Shown here: positions 18,837-28,367 of the stretch, one piece after another
How the letters are laid out: each line of letters opens with the position of its first letter
Position numbering within the stretch: the first letter of the stretch is position 1
Virus record (IMG/VR): IMGVR_UViG_3300042691_043434
Coordinates: 4,713-68,712 of that record
Reading direction: 5' to 3' (one strand)
Source of the DNA: a virus
DNA: 64,000 nt
The notes under the pieces: model-generated
Database searches by the model: none
Told to the model about the DNA's origin: nothing
What the model saw: only the letters and a program-made list of their open reading frames with translations
Position numbers and translations under genes: made by a program

Positions 18837-19550
18837 CTAAAACCTCCTTACTTTTTCATGACCAACCCGTATAGACGGATTGACCCACATGTCTATTTTC
18901 GCGTCGCGTAAATTAAACGCGAAAGAAAGATCTTCTGATAGTACCTCGTAATCCTCGGAACGGTTGTAACGAATAATTTTTGGTGCAAACCACGGGAATT
19001 TGAGTTTTTCCATGACTCCCTTCCGTATCAGCATCCAACCCATACCGCACCAATCAATACGATACGGTTCTTTTCTGTTTACAATGTCTGTGTCGTTTCG
19101 AAACGAATAAATATAGTCGATATCATAGATGGGTAACGGTGGATCATTAGGTTCAGGATAGGGGAACTCAGTTTTATTAAAATAACCGGTAACAGGTAAA
19201 CCATTGGATTGATAGTACCAGCCAGTAGCTACTTCAACATTCATAGTAATCAAAGCATCGAAGTCGGAAGGCTTGAAATCGATGTCAGAGTCTATCCAAA
19301 GTAGGTAGTCATACACTAATTGATTAGTGAACGGTCTTTGATAAAGACCGTTGCTGTGGTGACCTCCAGCGACTTGTGCTCGTATTTGGTGGATTTCAGG
19401 CGAGTACCCTTGAGATAAAGTGGCGATTAGTCCGTATTTTCGCAAGTGATTCTCAAGTAGCACAAGATTTTCTACGAACCGGTAGGAATACGTATAACCC
19501 GGAAGACAGATAACAACTCGAGAACCTGAATACGACGTAATATCGTGCAT
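18837..19550 (-). CDS. Glycosyltransferase (GT-A fold)
   Basis: DYLLWIDSDI (DxD), GMGWMLI, PWFAP, SEDLSF, VGHEK. Confidence 0.8.
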   Translation of the reverse strand: MHDITSYSGSRVVICLPGYTYSYRFVENLVLLENHLRKYGLIATLSQGYSPEIHQIRAQVAGGHHSNGLYQRPFTNQLVYDYLLWIDSDIDFKPSDFDALITMNVEVATGWYYQSNGLPVTGYFNKTEFPYPEPNDPPLPIYDIDYIYSFRNDTDIVNRKEPYRIDWCGMGWMLIRKGVMEKLKFPWFAPKIIRYNRSEDYEVLSEDLSFAFNLRDAKIDMWVNPSIRVGHEKVRRF

Positions 19551-19554
19551 GGCA

Positions 19555-20271
19555 TTAGATAACCCGAATCTTCTCATGGCCAACCCGAACTTCAGGATTC
19601 ATGACAATCTCAAAACCTGCATCGCGCAGACTGAGTTGGAACGACAAATCTTCTGACAACGTGTCAATGATCGTTTCAGTTGCTCGGACGTTTTTTGGGG
19701 CAAACCATGGGTACGGAATTTTTTCCATTACTCCTTTTTTAATAAGCATCCAACCCATTCCAACCCAGTCAACCACATAAGAGTCGGTTTTATCGGAAAT
19801 ATCTTTATCTGGGCGAAACAAATAGGTGTGACCAGGGTCGTATAGAGGTAGTGACGGATGTGATTTTACCTTTTTACACGCAGACTTGTCAATGAATCCA
19901 CAGGCCGGATTTCCATCTGGTTGGTAGTACCAACCTGTCGCGACATTGACACCCATTTCCAAAAGATCTGTGAAATTTTTTCGGTTGAACACAATGTCCG
20001 AATCGATCCATAGCAGGTAATCGTAGTCGACTTCGGCTTCATCAAACGGTGTTTGAAACGTCCCTCTAGTGACATCTCCACCACCACAAATATTCCGTAG
20101 CCTGTGGATACAGGAAGAGTGAGTCTGGGCTAGGGTTACCTTTATGCCGTGAACAGCCAGCAGACTGTTAAGACCTACGATGTTTGTAAGAAAAGTCCCG
20201 GAGTAGTAGTCTCCAGGAAGGCAAAAAACAAATTTCTTGCCTTCGTATTTTTCGAGTAATGGGTCGGACAC
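19555..20271 (-). CDS. Glycosyltransferase (GT-A fold), paralog of the adjacent gene
   Basis: VFCLPG, DYLLWIDSDI, GMGWMLI, PWFAP, SEDLSF, VGHEK. Confidence 0.8.
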   Translation of the reverse strand: MSDPLLEKYEGKKFVFCLPGDYYSGTFLTNIVGLNSLLAVHGIKVTLAQTHSSCIHRLRNICGGGDVTRGTFQTPFDEAEVDYDYLLWIDSDIVFNRKNFTDLLEMGVNVATGWYYQPDGNPACGFIDKSACKKVKSHPSLPLYDPGHTYLFRPDKDISDKTDSYVVDWVGMGWMLIKKGVMEKIPYPWFAPKNVRATETIIDTLSEDLSFQLSLRDAGFEIVMNPEVRVGHEKIRVI

Positions 20272-20299
20272 AGGGGGAAAGAGGTACTATCTCACCCTC

Positions 20300-20308
20300 A
20301 TTATAACA
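20300..20308 (-). promoter_or_regulatory. Host sigma70-type extended -10 promoter
   Basis: TGTTATAAT upstream of the glycosyltransferase pair. Confidence 0.6.
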
Positions 20309-20313
20309 TAAAC

Positions 20314-23300
20314 CTACTGTACGCGCATGATATATGCGAGTGAGTACCAAAGCGGTTCGACAGCGCTGACACCTGATAAAGAGTGAGAGTGGCCGACGGA
20401 GGGATCAGATCCACCTGCCAAACTATTTTGATTACCGGGTGCACAAAGTCCATCCGTTATACATCCACCACCTCCGCCAGTCCAAGAGTTACCCGTATTG
20501 ATTACCACGTTGGAGTAGTTTGCTCCATCCGTACCGCCAAGAATATTAATTACGCTGTTGCCATATACTCCATGGACGTGACGAGGGATATTTTGCTGCT
20601 GAAGAGCAGTTGCCCCAGTTGCTCCAGTAAGGGTAGGTCCACCAGATTGATTATTGTTAGCGGTTGTAGTTGCACCCTTAATGAAACGGTTTAGCAGGTT
20701 GGGTGTCGTGCGACCGTTTTTTGTTTGACCGTCACATATAGCCCAACGGGGATTTGTTGCGATATCTTCTACCGTACCAGACCACATAATAATGCCACCG
20801 ACTGGTACAAAACCTCCATAGCTCGGGTCGACGTTTACGGTATACTGTAAAATGTTGTCGGTTGGGTCGGCAGGGTCACCACCGGGAACTTCAACAGACT
20901 GGCTAGTAACCAGAATGCCCGTACCCTGCACGAATGCGCTTTCAAACCGGAGATTAAGCTCTTGGGCTAGGTTGAACGCGCTGACCGCTACTTTGTCACT
21001 AATGCCTGTCGACTGACTACCCAGAGCGCCACGGATCATGGATTGATCAGCGAGTTGAATGATGCCGGCTTTAGACGTGCTGGCATACACCTGGGGTGGA
21101 TTTCTACTGGCGACAATGTCGCCAGTGGTAAGCGACTTAAATATTGTATCGTTGCTGAAGAATACGGTGGTGTTACGACCTAGCACCAGACTTGAGTCGT
21201 CCTGCATTAAAAGGGTGTTGCGGACGATGACATTGTTCAGGATCTGGTTGGTCACGTTGCCCGGTTCGCCTTCGGCTGCCAGCGGAATCGCGAATTGCTC
21301 GCCGGACCTAAGGTCAAAGACCGTCGTACCAATGTAATAACTGCCTTCCTCGTTCATGCCGGTGGCGTATACTCGGCCGCCGTTTTCCTCAACGATAATT
21401 TTTCCTAGCGCAAAATCCTGCTCTAGCGGATCGCCTTGGAAAGTGGGGAACGCAGTGTCATAGTTCAGGTATCCTGTCCATTCCCAGGTGTGACCTGAAG
21501 CACGGATTACAGATGGACGGCGTAGGCCGATTCGGAAACCGGTGGCTGTTACACTAGCCGACGTCTTAATGGTTATCGGAGTTACCGACGGACCCAACGC
21601 AGCACTGTAGTGGACACCTGACCGGGCTTGCATTGCCTGCAGGGCGATCTTTGTGATGCTCTCAGCCGGGTCTTCCGTTAGTTCCGGGTAGTCGTTATCA
21701 ACTCTAGGATAGTGATCACCTGTAAATACGTTTCGGGCTTGAGAACCCTGAGTAAGGTAAGTTACGTACTGACCAGGGAATCGGATGTCTTGTTTACCAG
21801 GTCTAAAAACCTCATCGTAAGTTCGAACCTGTGTAATAGTTAACGGATCAAGACGCAATTCATTGGAGTCGTTAAGAGGATAACCTGATACCCCCTCTTG
21901 TTTCTCCATGATATAGTACGGTTGTGGTCTCCTGATACCACGTTCTTTTAGGTAGCCGTCTAAAACAACACGATACACCCTTTCATCCGCCTTACGTTTA
22001 TCCGTCGCACGAATAATTTTAACTGCTGAGCGGTCGAAAATAAAATCTAAAGTGGCGAATATAGCATTGGTACCGGTCGGGTTACTAGTCAGTTTGTATC
22101 TGAAAGCGTAGTCGAATCGCTTTAACAGATAACCATCATCATCCAAGTCGGTATCTTCTTCAGCAATAGTTGAGGTCGTAATAGGAACATACCAGCTAGC
22201 ACTACCGGTTACAGGGTCGCCATTAGAGTCGAGATCTGCTGGACTTTCGTCCCAGACAAAAATCTTAGATCGATCGTCTAAGGCTGTAAACCCGCTAGTG
22301 TTAGGGTCTGGGTCTTTAAGATTGCCAGCGAATAAAATCGAATTACCATTTTCATCAAATCCATTAACATAAATTCGTCGACGGTTCGCTCTTTCCGGAC
22401 CACCAGAGAGTTCCCATGCCGTCTCACTAACCTTTTTAGTGTAAGAAAACTGTCCAAACGCAATATTAGATGCGGATGGAGGATTTACAATAGAGAACGG
22501 GGACGCGGTGTTGGAGTTTTGAATGTAAATTCGGATTGTTGCTGGAGGCTTTCCGTCGACTGTCGGGTTATTTTTTACATACGCTAGGGTTTTGTTGTAA
22601 TCAATGGTAATACCAGTATTTATTTCGGTATCTTCAAGAGTAGGAGGACGTCCATCAGGCAATGCACTGTATGAAAGAGGCAGAGGAGGAATTATTTGGG
22701 TAATACGAGTGCCACTATATCCCGATGCTGTGGTTGCTTCGTCTTGACTAAACGACTTTGCTTTGTAGCCAATACCTCGAAGTGAAATATCACCAAAATC
22801 AGAGCAGGAATTAGTAATTGATAAGTCGGCTCCAGATTCAGATACGAAGTGGTCGCTATTACCAATAACGAATACTGAGACGATCTGAATCGTCGCATCG
22901 TTACTACCCCGCATACCAAAACTTCGGTACTTGAATTCGTCAGTCGTACAAATTTTATATTGTTTGCCTTCCCCTGATTGTTTGTTGGTTGGCGGATCTT
23001 GGAAATAAGTAGTAGGTGTGAAACAATTAGGATCGGTTTGTAGGGAGACCTGGGTAAAGTTTGCGGTCACCATTGATTTGAAGCCGGATACTCGGCCTCC
23101 ATCGGCCCATAGACCGTTTAGTCCAAAAATACTCCGAACGGAACAGTTAAAGACGTAAGGAGATGAGGAGCGGGTAGAGTTGATATCGGGAAGAGGAAGG
23201 ATACTGCCATCCGTGTCTCGGATTCTTGTTGCACCAGGGTAGGATACAGGAGCACCAGCACGGCTATCACCACCGTCAACCAGCAGGCCAGTTTGGTTTT

Positions 23301-25476
23301 CTTCAATATCCTGCGACCGATTGGCTTTACTACCTGCAATCGGTGCGACAATGGTGGTTTCGGCTGGAATAGCTTCGAGGCCTTCTGAGCCCCAACCGTC
23401 AATATCACGGAAAAGATTATTGAGTCGGCTGTAATATGAAGATTCTGTACCGCTACCGTTGATTTCTGCCTGTGACGCGAACGCGACAGAGGTTACGGTA
23501 TTATGGCTGCGGGCGTATTGAGGGTTGTCAGTGAAAGTGAGCAAGGAAACATATGTACCACCAGTAACTTTTAGGATCGCGGTGCGCTCAGTTTGAGGAT
23601 CGTTCTGTACTGGGGTTAACTCCGGTACGTACATCGGTCGAATACGTACTTTTCTCAGGTCGGTGCCGTCGATCGAAATACCTCTTGGAACGATAAGGCC
23701 ACCGGTTTGTGGGTTAACAGCGGCGAGGTTATCGTAATATAGATCATCGTTAATACTGAACGCACCGTTTACATATTCAAGGGTTACAATCCAGTTAGAG
23801 TTAGACGGTGAAATTTTTTCTACCCGGACAACATTGCCAACACCACCCGATTCAGAGTACAAAACACGACCGAGGTTTAAGGAGCGGGGAGGTTGGTTAG
23901 AGACAGGATCGCTTACATCGATAGTAAGATGGACAACTCGATCGCCTTGAGCTACGCTGCCAATGCTATAACCAGTCTGGGTTCTTTGTACAAGGCCGGT
24001 ATCGTCGGTAATAGTAAGCGTGGCCAGTGAACCGGGAGCATTATCGACATAGTAGTCGCCTGGAGCAAGCTCGATCATCACTCGGTCGTAACGGTCATTT
24101 GCTTGACCAGATCTGCGTGACTCTCGCACCGCCTCGATCAACGCACGCTCAAGTGTACGGAAGGGGCGGTTAGGCTCAAAACCACCATTACGGATCGAAT
24201 CGTCACCGATACTCGGATCGACGAAGATTGTATTACGGGTAGTTGATAATGCAGATGCTTGGCCGGTACGGTCGCAACGCGGTGCAGCGGCGACACTGAT
24301 TAAACCGCCAGTCCCATTAGCGTACAGAGCAACGGAGTTATCATAAACACGGTAACACTTGCCCAGAGTCGGATTAGATTGAGATGGTTCGAAACTATAA
24401 ATGCCCGCACTAGGTTCTGGATATTGGGTGGGAAGCTTACCTCCATCCGGACACTCAACAGCAGTCCGATCACCGATAAATTCACGACCGCCACAAGATA
24501 GAAACGCACCGAGGACAGGATTGCACTCAGATCCTGGTGCTTCTTCAAATTTCCACTGGCCGGTACCGGAGTGGTAAAACAACTCCAGGTGCGCGTCTCG
24601 AATGTTAACAATCCAGTCGTCGCTGGAGTTATTGAGCAGTTCGGCAGATACGGAATTCTGGCGAATGATTAGCGGAAACCGGTCAAACGTGCCACTGATG
24701 TCCACCACAGCGATGCGGTCGGAGTCGTTGGGGGATTCTGGCAGAGTGAGGATGATACTGCCATTGCTAGTGTCGGCAATAACCCGATCCCATGCCATCG
24801 CGGTATAATCCGCTGACTTAATCACCGTATTGGTGAGGTTCTGCGGGTAGGTATTGAGGTTGCCGACAAACGTATTGGGCCTGAGATCTACATAGCCGGT
24901 GCCTACAACTTCGCCCGTTGTTGGGTTAGTAGCTAAACCATTTCCGGTGGAGTTTAGCGTAATTTTCGCTAGTGGTACATGTGCCTCGGTTACACTGGGT
25001 AACGAGTTACCGATTGATACGGTAACGGGAGCGGTGGCGTTTTCAAGAACATAGAGGTAAGATACGCTATTCGCACCGCCAAGGATTTGAACGGTCTGTC
25101 TTGCCCAAGAAATCGGATTGCCATTACGCTTAACAATGCTACCCGCTTCTACTGTTACACCGATACCACCTGAACCGACAGGGCGGGTACTAGGTACACC
25201 AGGAACGACTACGGCCGATGTTGTTAGATTCCAACCTAGTACGATGCCATCGTGAGCCGTACGACCTAACGCGGATTCTTGATCGACCCGGGGATCGGCA
25301 ATTTCCCAATCTTTGATTCGGTCACGTTGACCAATTTGCCAACCCGCCTCATCGCCAGTTGTCGGGTCGGCGTAGTAGTCGGTTCGAGTATCGCCGGTAA
25401 ACTTTTCTCCTTTCTGTACCTCATTCAGGTACGCGCTAGATACGGCTCTGCCGTTTTGAAATACGATACGATCCAC
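20314..25476 (-). CDS. Large tail fibre / baseplate protein with C-terminal tail-collar domain (1720 aa)
   Basis: DTSNGSIILTLP motif, IFVDPSIGDD...PFRTLERAL beta-helix cap, and C-terminal VPVGGIIMWSG...WAICDG...TPNLLNRFIKG...YSLAYIMRV collar domain. Confidence 0.8.
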   Translation of the reverse strand: MDRIVFQNGRAVSSAYLNEVQKGEKFTGDTRTDYYADPTTGDEAGWQIGQRDRIKDWEIADPRVDQESALGRTAHDGIVLGWNLTTSAVVVPGVPSTRPVGSGGIGVTVEAGSIVKRNGNPISWARQTVQILGGANSVSYLYVLENATAPVTVSIGNSLPSVTEAHVPLAKITLNSTGNGLATNPTTGEVVGTGYVDLRPNTFVGNLNTYPQNLTNTVIKSADYTAMAWDRVIADTSNGSIILTLPESPNDSDRIAVVDISGTFDRFPLIIRQNSVSAELLNNSSDDWIVNIRDAHLELFYHSGTGQWKFEEAPGSECNPVLGAFLSCGGREFIGDRTAVECPDGGKLPTQYPEPSAGIYSFEPSQSNPTLGKCYRVYDNSVALYANGTGGLISVAAAPRCDRTGQASALSTTRNTIFVDPSIGDDSIRNGGFEPNRPFRTLERALIEAVRESRRSGQANDRYDRVMIELAPGDYYVDNAPGSLATLTITDDTGLVQRTQTGYSIGSVAQGDRVVHLTIDVSDPVSNQPPRSLNLGRVLYSESGGVGNVVRVEKISPSNSNWIVTLEYVNGAFSINDDLYYDNLAAVNPQTGGLIVPRGISIDGTDLRKVRIRPMYVPELTPVQNDPQTERTAILKVTGGTYVSLLTFTDNPQYARSHNTVTSVAFASQAEINGSGTESSYYSRLNNLFRDIDGWGSEGLEAIPAETTIVAPIAGSKANRSQDIEENQTGLLVDGGDSRAGAPVSYPGATRIRDTDGSILPLPDINSTRSSSPYVFNCSVRSIFGLNGLWADGGRVSGFKSMVTANFTQVSLQTDPNCFTPTTYFQDPPTNKQSGEGKQYKICTTDEFKYRSFGMRGSNDATIQIVSVFVIGNSDHFVSESGADLSITNSCSDFGDISLRGIGYKAKSFSQDEATTASGYSGTRITQIIPPLPLSYSALPDGRPPTLEDTEINTGITIDYNKTLAYVKNNPTVDGKPPATIRIYIQNSNTASPFSIVNPPSASNIAFGQFSYTKKVSETAWELSGGPERANRRRIYVNGFDENGNSILFAGNLKDPDPNTSGFTALDDRSKIFVWDESPADLDSNGDPVTGSASWYVPITTSTIAEEDTDLDDDGYLLKRFDYAFRYKLTSNPTGTNAIFATLDFIFDRSAVKIIRATDKRKADERVYRVVLDGYLKERGIRRPQPYYIMEKQEGVSGYPLNDSNELRLDPLTITQVRTYDEVFRPGKQDIRFPGQYVTYLTQGSQARNVFTGDHYPRVDNDYPELTEDPAESITKIALQAMQARSGVHYSAALGPSVTPITIKTSASVTATGFRIGLRRPSVIRASGHTWEWTGYLNYDTAFPTFQGDPLEQDFALGKIIVEENGGRVYATGMNEEGSYYIGTTVFDLRSGEQFAIPLAAEGEPGNVTNQILNNVIVRNTLLMQDDSSLVLGRNTTVFFSNDTIFKSLTTGDIVASRNPPQVYASTSKAGIIQLADQSMIRGALGSQSTGISDKVAVSAFNLAQELNLRFESAFVQGTGILVTSQSVEVPGGDPADPTDNILQYTVNVDPSYGGFVPVGGIIMWSGTVEDIATNPRWAICDGQTKNGRTTPNLLNRFIKGATTTANNNQSGGPTLTGATGATALQQQNIPRHVHGVYGNSVINILGGTDGANYSNVVINTGNSWTGGGGGCITDGLCAPGNQNSLAGGSDPSVGHSHSLSGVSAVEPLWYSLAYIMRVQ

Positions 25477-25502
25477 AGCGATGAGTTAAATCCTTCTATT
25501 AC

Positions 25503-25511
25503 GCTTTCAAC
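25503..25511 (-). promoter_or_regulatory. Putative phage late promoter motif
   Basis: CGTTGAAAGC GTAA TAG, 26 nt before GTG 25476. Confidence 0.75.
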
Positions 25512-25516
25512 GCAAT

Positions 25517-25993
25517 TTAAGGTACGCGGTGCCAAATAACTCTACCCAACCACTTCGGACTCGGACCGAATGCGCACAGTTCAACAAGGACTAACGCTCC
25601 AGTTTCCGCGTAGGTGCTGGGGTCAATGCCCGCTCCCCAATCGACTTCGTAATCGAAATAAGTTGTAAACGACGTCCCTGGTGTCCCTACAAATCGCATC
25701 AGAATTCTGAGTTCGCGGTAAAAACTTGCCGGTACATCGCTCGGATTAGGGACAGGTACCGGTAAGTTGTCCGGGTTAGTAACATCAAGGTCGAGGTAGT
25801 TGCCTGAGAACAGGTTGGTGTTGATGGGTCGGTTGACACATGATCCCCCGAGTTCGATCGGATTACCTGAGATATCGGCTACCCACAGTCGGCCGTCTGC
25901 CGTGTTTGTAATAACCTCACCTTCCGTGCCATCGCCAATAAACGGTTCTTCACCCGGCAGCGAAGTCGTCAGTGTCTGTAAAGTTGCTTCCAC
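25517..25993 (-). CDS. Small virion / tail-associated protein
   Basis: GEVITNTADGRLW motif seen in fibre-associated proteins. Start reassigned to GTG 25993, downstream of the late motif. Confidence 0.6.
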   Translation of the reverse strand: MEATLQTLTTSLPGEEPFIGDGTEGEVITNTADGRLWVADISGNPIELGGSCVNRPINTNLFSGNYLDLDVTNPDNLPVPVPNPSDVPASFYRELRILMRFVGTPGTSFTTYFDYEVDWGAGIDPSTYAETGALVLVELCAFGPSPKWLGRVIWHRVP

Positions 25994-26016
25994 GGTAATT
26001 TCTCTACCTTCTACTA

Positions 26017-26037
26017 CGCTTTCAACCGTTGAAAGCG
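26017..26037. promoter_or_regulatory. Back-to-back divergent late promoter motifs (inverted repeat)
   Basis: cGCTTTCAAC-c-GTTGAAAGCg; each half is followed by N4-TAG and lies 24-25 nt from a GTG start. Confidence 0.8.
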
Positions 26038-26061
26038 CTTTAGAGGGTAATAACATTCCGC

Positions 26062-27072
26062 GTGTCAACGTTTCTCACTGATTCTTGGTCGACAATTTCC
26101 GGACTTGCCGCAGTTGCGTATGGGTCTCCGGGTCGGTACCAGGACGTGGCTAACCAGGTGCGGAGTAAATCAGTACTAGCATTTTTAGGAACGACTCAGC
26201 CGAGCGATATTGTTGAGAATGTTTTAAACCCAGAGCATGTCCTAGTGGCGTTACAAAGTGAATATGAAGCTGGTGAAGGATTTACGAGGTATGTAGACTC
26301 AGGATCTAAGACAATACAAGCGATAGCCAGTGACTTGTATAGCAAAATTCTCCAGGCTTATAATGAATTCGGGACGTACGAATCCTCGCTAACTGACTCA
26401 CTGGAATATGTTTCAAACGGATTAGGGATTAATAATCAAAGGGTAAAAGATAAACTACTGGCCACAGTTTCCGATCTCGAGCTTTTTAGTCGAATGGCGG
26501 CTAATATGCCAATCAATAAGCTTGATAAACTTCCTTCCGGAGCAAAGATTAATTTAAACGATAGCGTTAATCTAGATACTGATTCCAACGGTGTTGCGTT
26601 GACTACCGGGTACTTAACTCCCTCTCAATACTGGAACGGTACTGCGTACCCTGGTGCAGGAAGTACGGCGGATAATTTACCGAACACGTTTATAACCTCG
26701 TTGACCGAAGGCTACAAGGGTTACGCGACCCTTCAACCCCTCGACGACCTGCTCCGCCCCGGTCTTGCCTCACTCGTATCTCTTGCCGACATTAACGACC
26801 TTCGAAACGTCTCTCGCTCTGTTTCCGGTCTTGGAACCATCAGTACGGCCAAGGATCTTACTGGCCTTGGTCGATTCAGTATAGCGGATGAGGCAATGTA
26901 CAACCTTGACCTGGCGGAGATTATTGTCGAACGAAACGGTTACACGGTTTACGACCCGCTGACTGATTCGAATGGTGATTTTATTGATCCGGCGAACGTA
27001 CCAGATTACGATGGTGTTAATGCCGACTCTGGATTACCTTATTCTTCCCGCATCCGCTCAAGCACATTTTAA
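26062..27072 (+). CDS. Baseplate protein with N-terminal LysM/tail-X-like domain
   Basis: DSWSTISGLAAVAYGSPGRYQDVA N-terminus; immediately upstream of baseplate J. Confidence 0.5.
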   Translation: MSTFLTDSWSTISGLAAVAYGSPGRYQDVANQVRSKSVLAFLGTTQPSDIVENVLNPEHVLVALQSEYEAGEGFTRYVDSGSKTIQAIASDLYSKILQAYNEFGTYESSLTDSLEYVSNGLGINNQRVKDKLLATVSDLELFSRMAANMPINKLDKLPSGAKINLNDSVNLDTDSNGVALTTGYLTPSQYWNGTAYPGAGSTADNLPNTFITSLTEGYKGYATLQPLDDLLRPGLASLVSLADINDLRNVSRSVSGLGTISTAKDLTGLGRFSIADEAMYNLDLAEIIVERNGYTVYDPLTDSNGDFIDPANVPDYDGVNADSGLPYSSRIRSSTF

Positions 27073-27074
27073 TC

Positions 27075-28367
27075 ATGGCTACAGAAATTTTTGGTCCGTT
27101 ATTACCGTTACAGCTTGATAGTCGGAATGTAAACGACCTTGTCCGAGCGATACAGTCACGGATTCATATTGAATCGGGTGGACAGTTAACTGATTTTACG
27201 CCCGCCTCTCCTCTAGCCGCTATCAGTGAAGGTCAAGGATTCGCACAAGCGGAATTACTTTATTACCTTAACGCGTTGCCGGAAGCAGTGACGATTCAAT
27301 GGCTGAGGAGTCTAGGTATCCAGAGACGTATTGGGTCCAGAGCGACAGTTAATATAACCTTTAACCGTGTACCTGGGTACAGTCGACCAGTAACAATCCC
27401 ATCAGGGACTAAGGTGTACGCGAATGGCGGTCAAGTCTACACCCTACTCGACCAAGTTCGGATGACTGGGTCAAGCGCAACTGTCGCCGCGCAGTCGGAG
27501 AGATGGGGAAGCGTCTATAATGTGCCTTCCGGTTCAATCGGTCGCATCGAGCGTAACTTTATGGGTTTGGATACCCTTACGAATAACGAGCCGGCGGCCG
27601 GCGGTACAGACCTTGAAACCGTGGACGAAATGAAGTTCCGCGCGTTTGAACTATTCGGTCGGAGAAACCTGACCTCACGTTCCGATTTTGAAGGCGAAGT
27701 TGCTTCTATCGCTCCCGAAGCAACCCTGGTCAAGGTGATGAACTACGAGGAGAGATTTGGTACCGACTCACGTGGTGTATTTGTTATTGCCGGTAGAGAT
27801 GATGGATCGGCTCTGAGCACGACAACACAATCACTATTGCTGACTTCGTTGCGTGATAGAGTACCTTTGGATGTTAAGATCTACCTCGCTCCGCCGACTG
27901 TCATTCCGGTCGAAGCGGTAGTCAGTGTGCTTTGGGATCCCAGAGCTACAACTACATTCACTGATACGCTTGCCGAACAGATCCGCACTTTACTTAACGA
28001 CCTCATATATCCATCCACCATCGGATTAGGCAACGATCTCTCCGTATCTACGGTTTTACGTGAAACCCTTGCGCTCGACTTTGTAAACGACGTCTCTATT
28101 CTAGACCTCAAGCAAATGGCTCTCGATCCAACTGTTACCGGTGCGACAGACGGGTTGTGTGGCAGATTTTTGGGAACAGAAGACGAAACCGCGGGAACAT
28201 GTACGTACGAGTATTCTCAGGTTGTTGCAAAGACGTCAACCGAACCCTTAAAAATCCCCGATTCGACATCGGGCTTTAGACTTTACCGTGCAGTCGTATC
28301 GCTGACGTCGGTTGTAGATTTTAGCACACTAACGTACACTTACGGGGCTGAATATGATATCGTCTAA
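27075..28367 (+). CDS. Baseplate J-like wedge protein
   Basis: LTDFTPASP, LGIQR, IPSGTKV, NNEPAAGGTDLETVDE and TSRSDFE motifs. Confidence 0.9.
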   Translation: MATEIFGPLLPLQLDSRNVNDLVRAIQSRIHIESGGQLTDFTPASPLAAISEGQGFAQAELLYYLNALPEAVTIQWLRSLGIQRRIGSRATVNITFNRVPGYSRPVTIPSGTKVYANGGQVYTLLDQVRMTGSSATVAAQSERWGSVYNVPSGSIGRIERNFMGLDTLTNNEPAAGGTDLETVDEMKFRAFELFGRRNLTSRSDFEGEVASIAPEATLVKVMNYEERFGTDSRGVFVIAGRDDGSALSTTTQSLLLTSLRDRVPLDVKIYLAPPTVIPVEAVVSVLWDPRATTTFTDTLAEQIRTLLNDLIYPSTIGLGNDLSVSTVLRETLALDFVNDVSILDLKQMALDPTVTGATDGLCGRFLGTEDETAGTCTYEYSQVVAKTSTEPLKIPDSTSGFRLYRAVVSLTSVVDFSTLTYTYGAEYDIV

